Source: Squalus acanthias | Taxonomy: Eukaryota | Length of the DNA: 64,000 nucleotides | Assembly (NCBI GenBank): GCA_030390025.1 | Contig: CM059432.1 | Location: forward strand, 35,900,001-35,964,000 | Direction of reading: 5' to 3' | In this document: one piece after another, positions 24,801 through 37,701 of the stretch | Position numbering within the stretch: position 1 is the first letter of the stretch | How the letters are laid out: the number at the start of each line of letters is the position of its first letter | Notes under the pieces: model-generated | What the model was told of the DNA's origin: nothing | Database searches by the model: none | Seen by the model: only the letters and a program-made list of their open reading frames with translations | Made by a program: the position numbers and the translations under genes

Positions 24801-27800
24801 GTAAGTGATCAAAATATCTCATTATTATCACTTAATTGATTTATTTAATTACTACCCGGTAGGTTTCCAGTGAAACTTACATTTAGGAAATGAAATGTGA
24901 TTTGGGTGGGAGGGGGAGAGGGTGCAAAAAATAGGAGTTTGGACTGTTTTGGGAAGCAGTGCCCCAGGGGAAGGTTTTGAAGGGCTGGAGCCCAGGCCCC
25001 TGTGATGGTCACTCATCCCTCATGTTTTAATCCCCCCCACTCCCACTCCTCCCTATTTTGGCTCCAGCCATTTCCCAATCTTGTGTAGCTCGAAGGTACA
25101 ATAAATGGCGGGTAAACTTTGAAAGGGGGAGGATAAAACACACACAGGATAGCTTTGGGGAAGGGAGACACAAGGCCTGAGATCCACGGCGCTCGCGTAC
25201 TTGTAATGGGCGGTCGGTGAAGCTTGCGGCACCGAAAAGAAAGGGGGAGGGGGGAGGTAGGGCCCTGAGAGCAGCCTCGGTTAGATTTTAACTGGACAGT
25301 GGTACAGAGGGAGGGAGAATGGTGGGTGGAGGAGGAGGTGAACACACAGAGAGAGGGGTTGGTTGGAGAGGGAGATAAACAGGGTGGCTCTCTTACTTGG
25401 CAAAGTGCTGGTGTTTGGTATAAAACACTCAGCAACTGGCCCCATCTCATTGCACTGAACATAATGGGGGCAGAATGAAGGGCAATAAACAGACTGGGCA
25501 ACTTAGCCAGCCAAAAACCAAATACACAGTGGCCATCATTTACCCAAGAAGACAGTTGGATGCCATCTTGAGTCATTTCAAGCTGTTATCACAAACTCTT
25601 ATAGCCATGAGGGAGAAAATTCATGACAAATTTTATAGTAAACCACGTGCAAAGTATATTTTTGAAGAAAAACCCTTTCGCTTGCAAGTCTGCTAGACTG
25701 CGGTGACCTCTGTAAATCTCCACGTGCATAACAGGAAGAATTTTACTTACTTAAAAATGAAACAAAAAAATTCAAATGAGGAGGGAGCACTTTCTGTAAT
25801 TAAAAACCAGTACTCAGGAGTAGGAAGTCCTTTTATTTATTTTCTAAGCTGGAATTTGACATACTGCATATATTTAAATTGAGGATCCCGCAGAATATTC
25901 TGGAGATACGCAGCAGGTCAGTCTCGGAGAGGTGGCTTCATGGTGCAGGTGAGGACCCTTCATCAGATATGAACGGGGAGGCACCAGAAACATTGACTTG
26001 CTTTTTTTATTTGCTCCTTCAGATGCTGTCTGTCCCGATGTGGATTTCTAGCAATTAATATGTTTGTTTTGCTTTCATGTGCATTTTTTTCTCTCGTCGC
26101 TTGAGTTGCACTTCAGTTATGGAATAACAAAAATTAATCAGCACAGGCCCCCCCCCCCCCCCCCCCCCCCTGAGTTTTCTCCTGAAGAAAAGCACTTGTG
26201 TTTATATAGGGCTTTTCACCACCACAGGATGTCCCAAAGTGCATCATAGCCAATGAAGTACTTTTGAAGTGTAGTCACTGTTGTATTGTAGGGTAATGTG
26301 GCAGCCAATTTGCGCACAGCAAGGTCGTACAAACCAAATAATCTGTTTGGTGACGTTGGTTGAGTGATAAATATTGGCCAGGACACTGGGGAGAGAGAGC
26401 TCCCCTGCTCTTTGAATAGTGCCTTGGGATCTTTAACATCCACCTGAGAGGGCCACTGTTTAACATCTCGGCCAAATGATGGCACCACTCACAGTGAGAA
26501 CTTCCTCAGTACTCCATTGCTGTCTTGGTGTATGAGCCTAGATGGTGGTTGTTTCCGAGTATTCGACCATGCAGAGTATCCCAGCCGAGTCCAATGCTCA
26601 TCTTGTCCTCACCTGGTATCCCCAAACATGCTGCAGCTTCCATCAGGAGTAGCTTGATCTTGATTATTAGTGGGTAAGGTAGTGTAGTGTTTATGTTAGC
26701 AGATTAGTAACCCAGAGGCTTGGACTAATAATTTAGAGAACATGAGTTCAAATCTCTCCATGGCATTTTGAAAATTTGAAGTTAGTTTGAACAATCTGGA
26801 AATAGAAAGCTGGTATCAGTAAAAGTAACCATGAAGCTGTCAGATTGTTGTAAAAACCCAACTGCTTCACTGATGTCTTTTAGGGAAAGAAACCTGCCGT
26901 CTTTACCTGGTCTGATCTATATGTGACTCCAGTCCCACACCAACTCATAACTGTGCACTGCAGCCAGTCAGTTGCATCAAACCGCTACAAACACAGACTT
27001 CAGCGGCTCAAGAAGAAGGGCCACCACCAACATTGAAGGATGGGCAATAAATGCTGGCCTTGCCCACATCGTTTATTAAAAAAAAAAGGAACAGGAGCCC
27101 TGGCTGATTTGTTTCCCTCCCTTCCCTTCTGCCCATGGACACTGAAGTCAATTACCTTTTGGCTACAATCAACCTACTCCGCGTAGATTGGGATCATGAG
27201 TTTGGGTCCTTCTGGGCTGTATTGCTCAGTATTAAACCATGCTGTGCCTTGATCATCTAAGGAATGTGGGGAAGTTGAGGAATTCCCTTGGGGAGAAGGT
27301 ATGGTCGATGAGGCTATATTTTAAGCAAGGTGTTTTTAATACTGCTGTTAGGAAATTGCAAAGAATGAGATACTTTGAGGTTAATATTTGGTGTTGGCCT
27401 TTGTATGGTTGCCATTGGTTTCTTGACCAGTGTCTTTCTCTCTCTGTTATATCATGCAGTGTTATCGGTGGAGTATCCAGCTACATTCACTTTCACCCAG
27501 CAATGCTATTGTAGACTGCGGCCGTTGAAAATTGAGTTGTATCTTGCGAGGGCATGTTAAGCTAGAGTGAAGTACCACAACGACTTGCGTTTATATAGCA
27601 CCTTAAATGTATAAAATGTCAGAAGGCGCTTTACAAGAGGGACAGATACACTGAGCCTAGAAGGAGAGCTTATGATGGGTGATTGAAGGCTTGGTGAAAC
27701 GATAGGCTTTGAGAAAGAAAGACTCGCATTTGCATAGCGCCTTTCACCACCTCAGGATGTCCCAAAGCGCTTCACAGCCAATGAAGGACTTTTGAAGTGT

Positions 27801-28679
27801 AGTCACTGTTGTCATGTGCACAGCAAAGACCCACAAACGGCAATGATATAATTGGCGAATTAAACTGTTTTTTGTGGTGGTGGTTGAGGGATAACGATTG
27901 ACCAGGAGAACTCCCCTGCTCTTCTTCGAAATAGTGCCATGGGATTCTTTACGTAGGATCAATTTGAGGTGATCGAGAATCTCTGAGACCATCCACGCTG
28001 GTGGGCACGCAGGATATAAAGTGACTAATTGGCACAAACAACAATATTATGATTTGGAATTATAGGTTTCTTTGGTTAATTAGACTGGCTATATTAGTGG
28101 TGCCTCCTTAAAAGTAGGCACTTGTGCTGTCTTTTGGTTGATACTGGGCCACCTTTATTCGTTTATTAAAATAAGCACGGGGGAGGGGATTTGGTGGTGA
28201 AGTGATTGGGGTGGTGCCTTTTCACCCCTGAGACCAGGGTTCAAACCCAATCCATGAGGATGGGATGATTCTCCTCTGGCTGTAAGGATCCTACATCAGA
28301 TGAGCTTGGACTGTCCCAATTCAGCACAAGAAGCTTGATTTGAACTGGTTATTTGCTTACCTGGTACACCCCGGCCGTCAGATTGGGTTCCTGTTCATTC
28401 CCTTGGGGGAAATGACATCCTTACCCTTCAGTTATGGCTTTGTTTTTGTGTAGTCAGCGGCTCCAATTAATACATACTTGACCCTTGGGTTCAATATATT
28501 AATTCTCCCCCCTCCTCCTGAAGACATCCTTTCTTGTGGTTCTTTGGGAACAGCAGTGCTCTAGTACCTCACCAATGTGCCCATTTTTCATTTGCGAGCT
28601 TAGACAGCATTGCTTGACACAGCGTCTGTCCTGGGCCGACGTCCGGCTTGCGGTGAAAGCCATCGAGACGCCAAAAGTG

Positions 28680-29560
28680 GCACTCGGCCCTGACGCCACT
28701 AGGTGCATCGAGGAGGCTCAAGCATGTGGAGTGATCCCGTCCGGGCTGACCCCCGCTCGGCCGAAATTTCTCATTGGCGCCAGGCCCCGAAGCGGAGCCG
28801 GCGCCTCCCACCTTGAGTCGTCTCTCGGAAATTCCCTCCGTGCCATTCCACACTGCATGGTGGGGTTTCCTGTACGGGCTGGTTCTGCACACTCGCCACT
28901 TCATCGTCCTTGTCTGCCGTCCGGACACGTCTTGGCGTACCATCTTGCTGTTCGGAGGTGGCGGGGGTCCCCAGTGGAGGGCTCTCTATGCAGGAGTCAT
29001 CCTCTTATCTATTGGGGATTTGGCATGGAGGGTGTTGCACAGAGCAGTCCCGTGCAATAAGTTTTTTAATTGGTTCACGGACTCCCGGGCCGCCTGCAAT
29101 TTCTGCAGCCTGGAGGAGTCCGTTTTCCATGTATATGTTGAGTGAGAGAGGTTGCAGCCCCTCTTCCAATATTTGAAGGGGCTGCTCCTCAATTTTTGGC
29201 TGCACTGCAGTCCCTCGCTCCTGATCTTTGGTCACCCGGTGTGGAGGGGAGCGGGCAAGTTGGAGGACCTCCTTGTTGGACTGCTCCTGGGCCTGGCCAA
29301 GGCGGCCATTAACAGGTCCAGGCAGCGGGCAGTCGAGGGGGTCATTCGGCCTGACTGCCTGCCTCTTCCGCGGCTATGTTCATGCCTGGGTGTCCCTGGA
29401 GATGGAGCATGCGGTGTCCACTGGCACACTTGAGGCATTCTGCGACCAGTGGGCACCGGAGGGACTGGAGTGCTTCATCACCCCCCACAAAACAGAATTT
29501 TGATTTGATTTGTTAGTTTCCTTTAAATTTTATTTAAGTTACAGTTTTATTGGTTGTGCC
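28680..29560 (+). mobile_element. L1/Tx1-clade LINE 3' end (zinc-binding C-terminus), degenerate
   Basis: PQWRALYAG...GDLAWRVLHRAVPCN...ACNFCSLEESVFHVYVE*ERLQPLF...LLLGLAKAAI; GC-rich, with a T-rich 3' UTR. Confidence 0.75.
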
Positions 29561-30049
29561 ATTTTAAGAAGGACACATGCCATCTCCTAATTGGTGATGA
29601 CATCAGTCATCAATTAAGTTTTAACCAATAAGAAGTAGACAGCGTTGTTAGGCAATTCTACTGTAGGAGCCATCATGGATGCACCCAATCCTGTTCTCAT
29701 CCAACATCCACACAAGTGCACTTTTGAACAAGGAGTCACTGGATCGTGACCAAGAATGAGAAGCCTGGTTTGTTTCCTCCTCCACCTCGCCCCCAGCCCA
29801 GGGCTAATAAAGCTAACTGAACTTGATGTTCCCACTCCACAGCCTCCACCCACCATTACTCAGCTAACAGTGGATAATGACCAACTTCTATTCCATTCCC
29901 GTCATTGATGGAGGGTCCCAAGAGTATCTGGGGGTGACCCTCCTTATAATATTTATCTAGAATAGAAAAAGGCGGAGAAGGGGAATCAAACGTCAGCCAC
30001 CCTAATTGATGATCTCTCCAACTTTTCGCTCTGGGGCCCCTGCTGACCC

Positions 30050-30790
30050 CAACAACAACAACTTGTATTTATATAGCGTCTTTAACGTAGTAGAACATCT
30101 CGAGGCGCTTCACAGGAGTGTTATAAAACAAAATTTGGCACCGAGCCACATGAGATATTAGGGCAGATGACAAAAGCTTGGTCAAAGAGGTAAGTTTTAA
30201 GGCGTGTTTAAAAGGAGAAAAGAGAGGCAAAAAGGGAGGGAATTCCAGAGCCTTGGGCCTAAGCATCTGAAGGCACGGCCACCAATGGTTGAGCGATTAA
30301 AATCAGTGATGCTCAAGAGGCCAGAATTAGACGAGCGCAGATATCTCGGGGGGTGGGGGGGTCGTCTGTGGGATTGTGGGGCTGGAGGAGATCACAGAGA
30401 TAAGGAGCGGTGAGGCCATGGAGGGATTTTAAAACCAGGATGAGAATTTTAAAATCAAGGCGTTGCTTAACCGGGAGCCAGTGTAGCTCAGCGATCACAG
30501 GGGTGATGGGTGAACGGGACTTGGTGCGAGTTAGGACACAGGCAGCAGAGTTTAGGATTAGCTCAAGTTTACGGAGGGTAGAAGGTAGGAGGCCGGCCAG
30601 GAGTGCGTTGGAATGGTCAAGTCTAGAGGTAACAAAGGCATGGATGAGGGTTTCAGCAGCAGATGAGCTGAGGCAGGGGTGGAGTTGGGCAATGTTCCGG
30701 AGGTGGAAATAGGCGGTCTTAGTGATGGCACGGATATGTGGTCAGAAACTAATTTCGGGGTCAAATATGACACCAAGTTTGTGGACACAG
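30050..30790 (-). mobile_element. L2-clade LINE 3' fragment
   Basis: Reverse-complement relative of 4560-5190 (LHWLPVKQRLDFKILIL; TTG tail). Confidence 0.85.
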
Positions 30791-31692
30791 CCTCAGACAG
30801 ATGCCAGCGAGAAGGATGGACCACAAAAGCAAGGTACCTGAGGGGGGGAAAAAAAGTCCTGTACTTTCCTATCGCCTGGGGATCATCTATTTCAGAGGTG
30901 CAGGAAGTTGAAGGTCATTGCCGGTCGCTAGGGCGGCACCAATTGACTCCAGAGGAAATTGCACCAATTGCTATTCTCGGCTTTTCGTTTCTGGAGGCAT
31001 CCAAGTTGACATCCAGCTGGGCAAAGATGTGCCAGCACAATATCGGGGTCCTGTTATAAGGCTGTATATTTACTGAATCGTGGTCTGCTTTCTCCCCCTC
31101 TCCCACAGTTCATAATCTTAAAATTAGAGCCAGGCCATTCAGGAGTGAAATCATTAAGCACGTTTTCACACAAAGGGTAGTGGCAATCTGGAACTCTCTT
31201 CCCCTGTAGATGCTGGGACATTTGAAATTTTCGAGATTGAAATAGATAGATTTTTGTTGGGTAAGGGTATCAAGAATATGGAGCAAAGAAGGGTAAATGG
31301 AGTTGAGGTACATATCCGCCATGATCTGATTGAATGGTTTGAGGGGCTTCATGGCCTCCACTTGTTCCTATGTACAGTTCCGTGGGTACTGGCTGCTCTC
31401 ACACAAGGAGCTCTTGTTGCCGTGTGAGCATGGACAGAGTGCCACTAGCGAGTAACCGTGTGGGACTGTTGCAGCTGAGCCCTGCTGTCCACACAATCAC
31501 ACTTACCAGGTCTCGTCCCCTGTCTCAGTGGGTCTTGTCCTCATTATAGAGGAGATTATACAGAGAGTCACCCCTCGATACCCTTGGGATTCTCCATCAG
31601 CAATGAGCTCCGAAAGGAAGGTGGCCATTATCCACTGTGTCCAACCCAAAATGGTGTTCCTACTGTAAGCTCTTGGCTCTTAAAACCCAAAC

Positions 31693-32066
31693 TTAGTATA
31701 TAGAAATAACAGCAGAAAACGCTGGAAAAACTCAGCAGGCGAGGCAGCATCCGTGGAGAGAGAAACAGAGTTAACGTTTCAGGTCGAAGTCCGTCTTGGT
31801 TGGAAGAGCAAGGCTCTGCTCCTCTTGACGTTCCGTTGTGTGGAGGGCAGGAGAGTGTGCTCTCTCTCCTGCCCTCCACACAACGGAACGTCAAGAGGAG
31901 CAGAGCCTTGCTCTTCCAACCAAGACGGACTTCGACCTGAAACGTTAACTCTGTTTCTCTCTCCACGGATGCTGCCTCGCCTGCTGAGTTTTTCCAGCGT
32001 TTTCTGTTGTTATTTCGGATTTCCAGCATCTGCAGTATTTTGCTATCGTATTAGTATATAGAAATA
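31693..32066. mobile_element. Penelope-tail fold-back insertion (153-bp inverted arms) with 16-bp TSD
   Basis: Arms 31703-31855 and 31864-32016 with one mismatch; TTAGTATATAGAAATA at 31693 and 32051. Outer arm sequence matches the Penelope 3' end at 37702-37820. Confidence 0.85.
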
Positions 32067-35000
32067 CTGGTTGGACCGAACGGCCTATTTCCGTGTTGTA
32101 TTTCCTAAACTGCCGACGGAAATGGTGGAAGTGGAGACACTCAATGTTTTCAAGGGGAGACTGGATAGGCACTTGAGGGAAATAAACTGGCAGGGCTACG
32201 GGGATAGAGCGGGGGAATGGGACTGACTGGATTGCTCTACAGAGAGCTGGCATGGACTCTGGGCTGGATGGTCTCCTTCTGTGCCGTTATGACTCTAACT
32301 TGGCTTGGTGTCTTTCCATTATTCTTTTTATCTATACCACCTCATCCCATTTTCTTGAAGCACCTTGGGATGTTGAAGGACCTACATAACTGCTAGTTGT
32401 CATCGTCCTCCCTGTACAAATCCTCTGGGCTACTTTTCCTTCCCCCTCCACATCACAGTTGGTAGCAGAGCCTCCACTCAGCTGATACTGTGCTCTGGAA
32501 TCTCTTCTCAAAGCTTGCTGCCTCTCCCCACCTCTCTCGCCACCTTCAAAAGCCCTCTTAAACCCACTTCAACTAACCTCCTCTCTTCCCACTGGTGTCC
32601 ATGATTTCACTGATAAGGTGCCTTGGAATTGAAAGACACTATATAAATATACTGCGACAGGTACTGTCTTTACCAAATGGGTCTTCAAGGAGATTTTGAG
32701 GTTTAAATTTTCTTTGTTCCACTTACACTAAGGTATGGTAGTGTCGTGGTTACGTTACTGGATTAATAATCCAGGGAACCCACCATGGGCAGTTTGAGAA
32801 ATTGTAAGGCTGGTATCAGTAAAAGTAACCATGAAGCTGTCAGATTGTCGTAAAAACCCAACTGGTTCACCTAATGTCCTTTTTAGGGAAGGAAACCTGC
32901 CGTCCTTACCCAGTCTGGCCTGCATGTAACTCCAGTCCCACACCAATGTGCTTGACTCTTAACTGCCCTCCTGAAGTGGCTTTGCAAGTTGTATCCAACC
33001 ACTACCAGTGGTTCAAGAAGGTGGCCCAACACTACCTTCTGAGGGCAACTAGCGATGGGCAATAATTGCTGGCCTTGCCAACGATGCCTACATCGCAAAA
33101 ATAAATTTTGGGGGGAAAAAAAGTATTCCCAGGAGGGCAAGTTTTGGGGTTCCCAGAGGAGGGGGAAAAAAACTATCTCCAGCTCACATCAAACTTTAGA
33201 AGGAAGAAGGAACATGTGCCTTTCAGGACATCCCGAAGAGTTTCACAGTTGCTGGATTACTTTTGCAGTGTAGTCACTGTTTTATGCACACTTGTGGCAG
33301 CCAATTTGTGACTTAATTACATTTCTCTTTGGTTCAGTTATCAAAAATGCTAGGATGGCAACGTGAGATCAGAGTAAAGCCCTTCAGTGCAGGTGTATTT
33401 TTTTATTTGATCTTGGGATGTGGCCAATGTTGGCAAGACAACATTTATAGCCCATCCCTAGTTGGCCTTGAGAAGGTGGTGGTGGGCCTTCTCCTTGAAC
33501 ACTGATTGTTTTATTAGGCCACTGCAGGGGCCTTAAAGAGTCAACCAGGTAGAGACGGGCTGCAGTCATGTCTCGGCCAAACCAGGTAGGGGAGGCAGGT
33601 TCCCTTCCTTGAAGGGGCATTAGTGAACCAGTTAAGTTTTTAACAACAATCTGGCAGCTTTCATGTTGATTTTTTTTTCTGGTGCCTATTTATTGAATTC
33701 AATTTCACAACTTGCCAAGGTGGGATTTGAGCTTGTGCCCTCTGGGATCTATGTTTACCAGTCCAGTCCCAGAACCACTGCACTGCACCCTAAAGGCAGC
33801 ACAGATTTGCTGTTTAATTTGGGGAGTAGACATAAATAAAGTATTGTATTTATATCGTGCCTTGTAAAGTGTCTCGGCGATAGCGTCGCACATGAGGTTA
33901 ATTATGTTAAAGTGAAGTCACTGTTTTGTAGACAAACATTTTTGCATACAGTAAGATCCCACAAACCGCAATGAGTTGAATGACCAATTAATCTGTTTTG
34001 GATGGTGTTGGTCGAGGGAGGGATGTTGTCCAGGACACCGGAAGAGCTCCCTCCCCTTTGAACAATACCAGGGGATCTTTAGTGGGTTTTTTAATTCATT
34101 CTTGGGATGTGGGCATCGCTGGCAAGGCCGGCATTTATTGCCTGAGAAGGTGGTGATGGCTGCCTTTTTAAACTGCTGCAGTCCGTGTGGTGAAGCTGCT
34201 CCCACACTGCTGCTGTTCTTTGTAACGATTTGATACAACCAAGTGGCTTGCTAGGCCATTTCAGAGGGCAGTTAAGAGTTAATTACATTGGTGTGGGACT
34301 GGAGTCACATGTAGGCCAGACTAGGCAAGGACAGCAGGTTTTCTTCCCTAAAAGGACATTAGTGAGCCAGTTGGGTTTTTACGACAATCCAACAGTTTTC
34401 ACTGATACCAGCTTTTCTCAAATTGCCCATGGTAGATTCTCTGGATTACTAGCCCAGTAACACAACCACTGTACGACCATACCCCTCTGTGTCTACCTGA
34501 ATCACTGGGAACAGATGGGGCCCCAGTTTGAAGTCGCTGAAAGATGGCAACTTGGAGAATGCAGCACTCCCTCGCTACTGGACTGGAGCGTCAGTGTAGA
34601 GATGTGAACAGAGAAGAGAGAGAGAGAGTGAGGAAGAACGGTTTTTAAAAAATAACTGGTTCACATTCTACAAATTGGTGCCTTTTAGAGCTCCGAATGG
34701 TTTTAAGATGAGTCATAATCAGTACCGCTCACAGGGGCTGAGAGTACACACAACACAGTCGTATACACGGTAACTACGGCAACAGAATGCCAGCTGAAAC
34801 GATCTACTATTGAACGGTAGGGAGGGAGAAGGAATTTTCAAAGACTGATCCTTCTCATTTTCATTCAGTATATTTGTGGAGTTGCTGTGTTTTTTTTTAA
34901 ATTCCAGTGTCTTTGTGGGGAAATGCAGCAGTACAATGTGTATATACACCGGGGGATTTTCGAGACAATCGGGTCACAATATTTTTCTCCCCTTTTTTCA

Positions 35001-35729
35001 CCCTCCCAATTTTTTTTTGCTAGTTGTTAAGTTCCCCCTCGCCCACTTGCCCCAAACTCTCAAATTCCCCATCCCTCCTCTCTTTATAATCACAGTTTCC
35101 TCGGGTTCAGCTAGGTGGGGAGCCTGTCGATGTGGAGTGGAAGTTGTGTGGGACAAGGTTTGACTGGTTGGGATGCTATCAAATTATTTTCTTAACCTGC
35201 TTTGGTCACCTTGTCCCCAGCAGGTAAGGTTGCCAACCCTCCCGGATTGCCCTGGAGTCTCCAGGAATTGGAGATTAAATTTCCGGACAACGGTGCAAGC
35301 AACCAGGGAGAAAAATCATAGGGAATTCTCAAAATGAATATTGAATAGTTCTTGTTGTTTTCGTACCTTCAAACTCTTCCCTGAGAGCCGTGTGGAATGA
35401 TTCTTCGGCTGATTAACAGTCTGACAGGCCGTGACGTGAACGTTCCTTCTGTGGCCGTAGCCATCTTTCTACCAGCCAATGGTTATATACGGTGGGAGCC
35501 TATTATGGGCTCCCACAACCCATACAATGAGAGGGCACCCACAGCCACTAAATGTCAACCTAGAATTCGGAGCCGGAGCGCCATTCTCCTCTTGTCAGGA
35601 CTGAAGTGGGGTTTGAACCCTGCACCTTCTGACTCAGTTGTGGGAATGAGCCAAAGGCTTGCTCCAATCTGATTCTGATTTGTCTTGTTATCAGCTTTTC
35701 AAGTCTTTCTTCATATTTGTATTTCCTCA

Positions 35730-36640
35730 TACCAGGCCGGCCAGGAGAGCATTGGAATAGTCGAATCTGGAGGTGGCAAAGGCATGGATGTGAGTTTCAG
35801 CGGCAGATGGGCTGAGGCAGGGGCAGAGATGGGAGTAGGTGGTCTTTGTGATGGAGAGGATATGGGATCCAATGCTCCGCTCGGGGTTGAATAGGACGCT
35901 GAGGTTGTGAACAGTCTGGTTCAGCCCGAGAGAGTGGTCGGGACGGAAGATGGAATCGGTGGCAATGGTACAGATTTTTTGGTAGGGCTGAAGACGATGG
36001 CTTTGGTCTTTCTAATTTTAACTGGAGGAAATTGCGGCTAATCCAAGACTGGAGGTCGGCCAATCAGAGCTGGGTGTCATCAGTGTACATATGGAGCCTG
36101 ATGTTATTTGCGGATGTTTGCACCAGGAGGCAGCATGTAAATGAGGAAAAGATGGGGCCGTGGATAGCTCCTTTGGGGACACCAGTTGTAACGGTGCGGG
36201 GGTGTGAAGAGAAGTCATTGCCAGAGGTTCTCTGGCTACGACTGGATAGATGGGGCCAAGCAAGGACAGTCCCATTTGAGCTGGACAAAGGAAGACAGGC
36301 GTTGAAGGAGGATGGTGTGGTCGACCATGTCAAAGGCTGCAAGACAAAGAGGGATAGTGCACCACGGTCACAATCACAGAATCAGAGGACGTCATTTGTG
36401 ACTTTGATTAGGACCATTTCATGCTATGGCAGGGGCGGAAACCTAATTGGAGAGGATCAAACGTGGAGTTGCGGGAGAGATGGGCATGGACTTGGGAGGT
36501 GACGACACGTTGAAGGTCTTCACGGAGGTTGGAGATGGCAGGCGGTAGTTTGCACAGACAAAGGGGTCAAGGGTGTAGTTTTAAAAGGATGAGGAGCATT
36601 ACCTGAGGAGAGGGAACCATCAACGTCAGCTAGCATGGGA
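35730..36640 (-). mobile_element. Older L2-clade LINE RT fragment
   Basis: TVTTGVPKGAIHGP...HMYTDDTQL, DLQSWISRNFLQL. Confidence 0.75.
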
Positions 36641-37701
36641 CCTGTTTTAAATCCCCAGAACACTCCTGCTTTGGGACGTCCTGAGGTCGTGAAAGATGCT
36701 ATATAAATGCAAGTTCTCTCTGTCTGTCTTTCTTTGAATAGTGCCATGGGATCTTTAACGTCCACTGGATAGGCAAACTGGGCCTCGTCCGAAAGACGGC
36801 GCCTCTGACAGTGCAGCACTACTCCAGTATTTCACTGAACTGTTAGCAAGGATTATATACCTTGTTGAAGATAAATCTTGTCTGACTAACTTGATTGAAT
36901 TCTTCGATGAGGTAACCGAGAAGGTTGATCAGGGTAGTGCAGTAGATGTGTGTGTGTGTATATATGGACTTTCGGAAGGCATTCGACAAAGTGCCACACA
37001 CGAGGCTTATTAAGAAGATAGAAGCCCATGGAATTTAGGGGAAAGTGGCGGTATGGATACAAAATTGGTTCAGTGACAGGAAGCAAATGGTGGTGGTGGA
37101 TGGATGTTTTTCAGACTGGGAGGTGGTTTGCAGTGGTATTCCCCAAGGGTCAGTTTTGGGTCAATTACTCTTTGCAATTTTTATAAACGACCTAGACTCG
37201 GGTTTAGGCAGCAGCATTATAAAGTTTGCAGATGATCCAAAACTTGGCAAAGTAGTAGATAGTGATGAAGATAGTTATAGGCTTCAGGATGTCATAGACA
37301 GGATGGTGAAATGGGCAGAAGCATGGCAGATGGAGTTCAATGTGGAGGAGTGTGAGGTGATGCACTTTGGGAGGACTAATATGGAAAGGCAGTATACTAT
37401 AAATGGCACGATTTTGAAGTGTAGATGAGCAGAGAGATCTTGGTGTCCATATTTACAAATCCTTAAAGGTGGCAGGGCAAGTTGATAAGGTGGCTAAAAA
37501 AAGCACATGGGTTACTTGGGTTTATAAATAAAGGAATAGAATATAAAAGCAAAGAGATCATGCTAGCACTTTATAAATCACTGGTTAGGCCTCAGCTGGA
37601 GTATTGTAGAGAATTCTGGGCACCACATATCAGGAAGGACATAAAGGCCTTAGAGGTTAGAAAAGTTAGGACTGTTCTCCTTGGAGAGAAGGTTAAGAGG
37701 T

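Noticed and set aside
25013..25576. 187-aa minus-strand ORF near the promoter
   Set aside because: Low-complexity antisense reading of the G-rich start of SETD2 intron 1.
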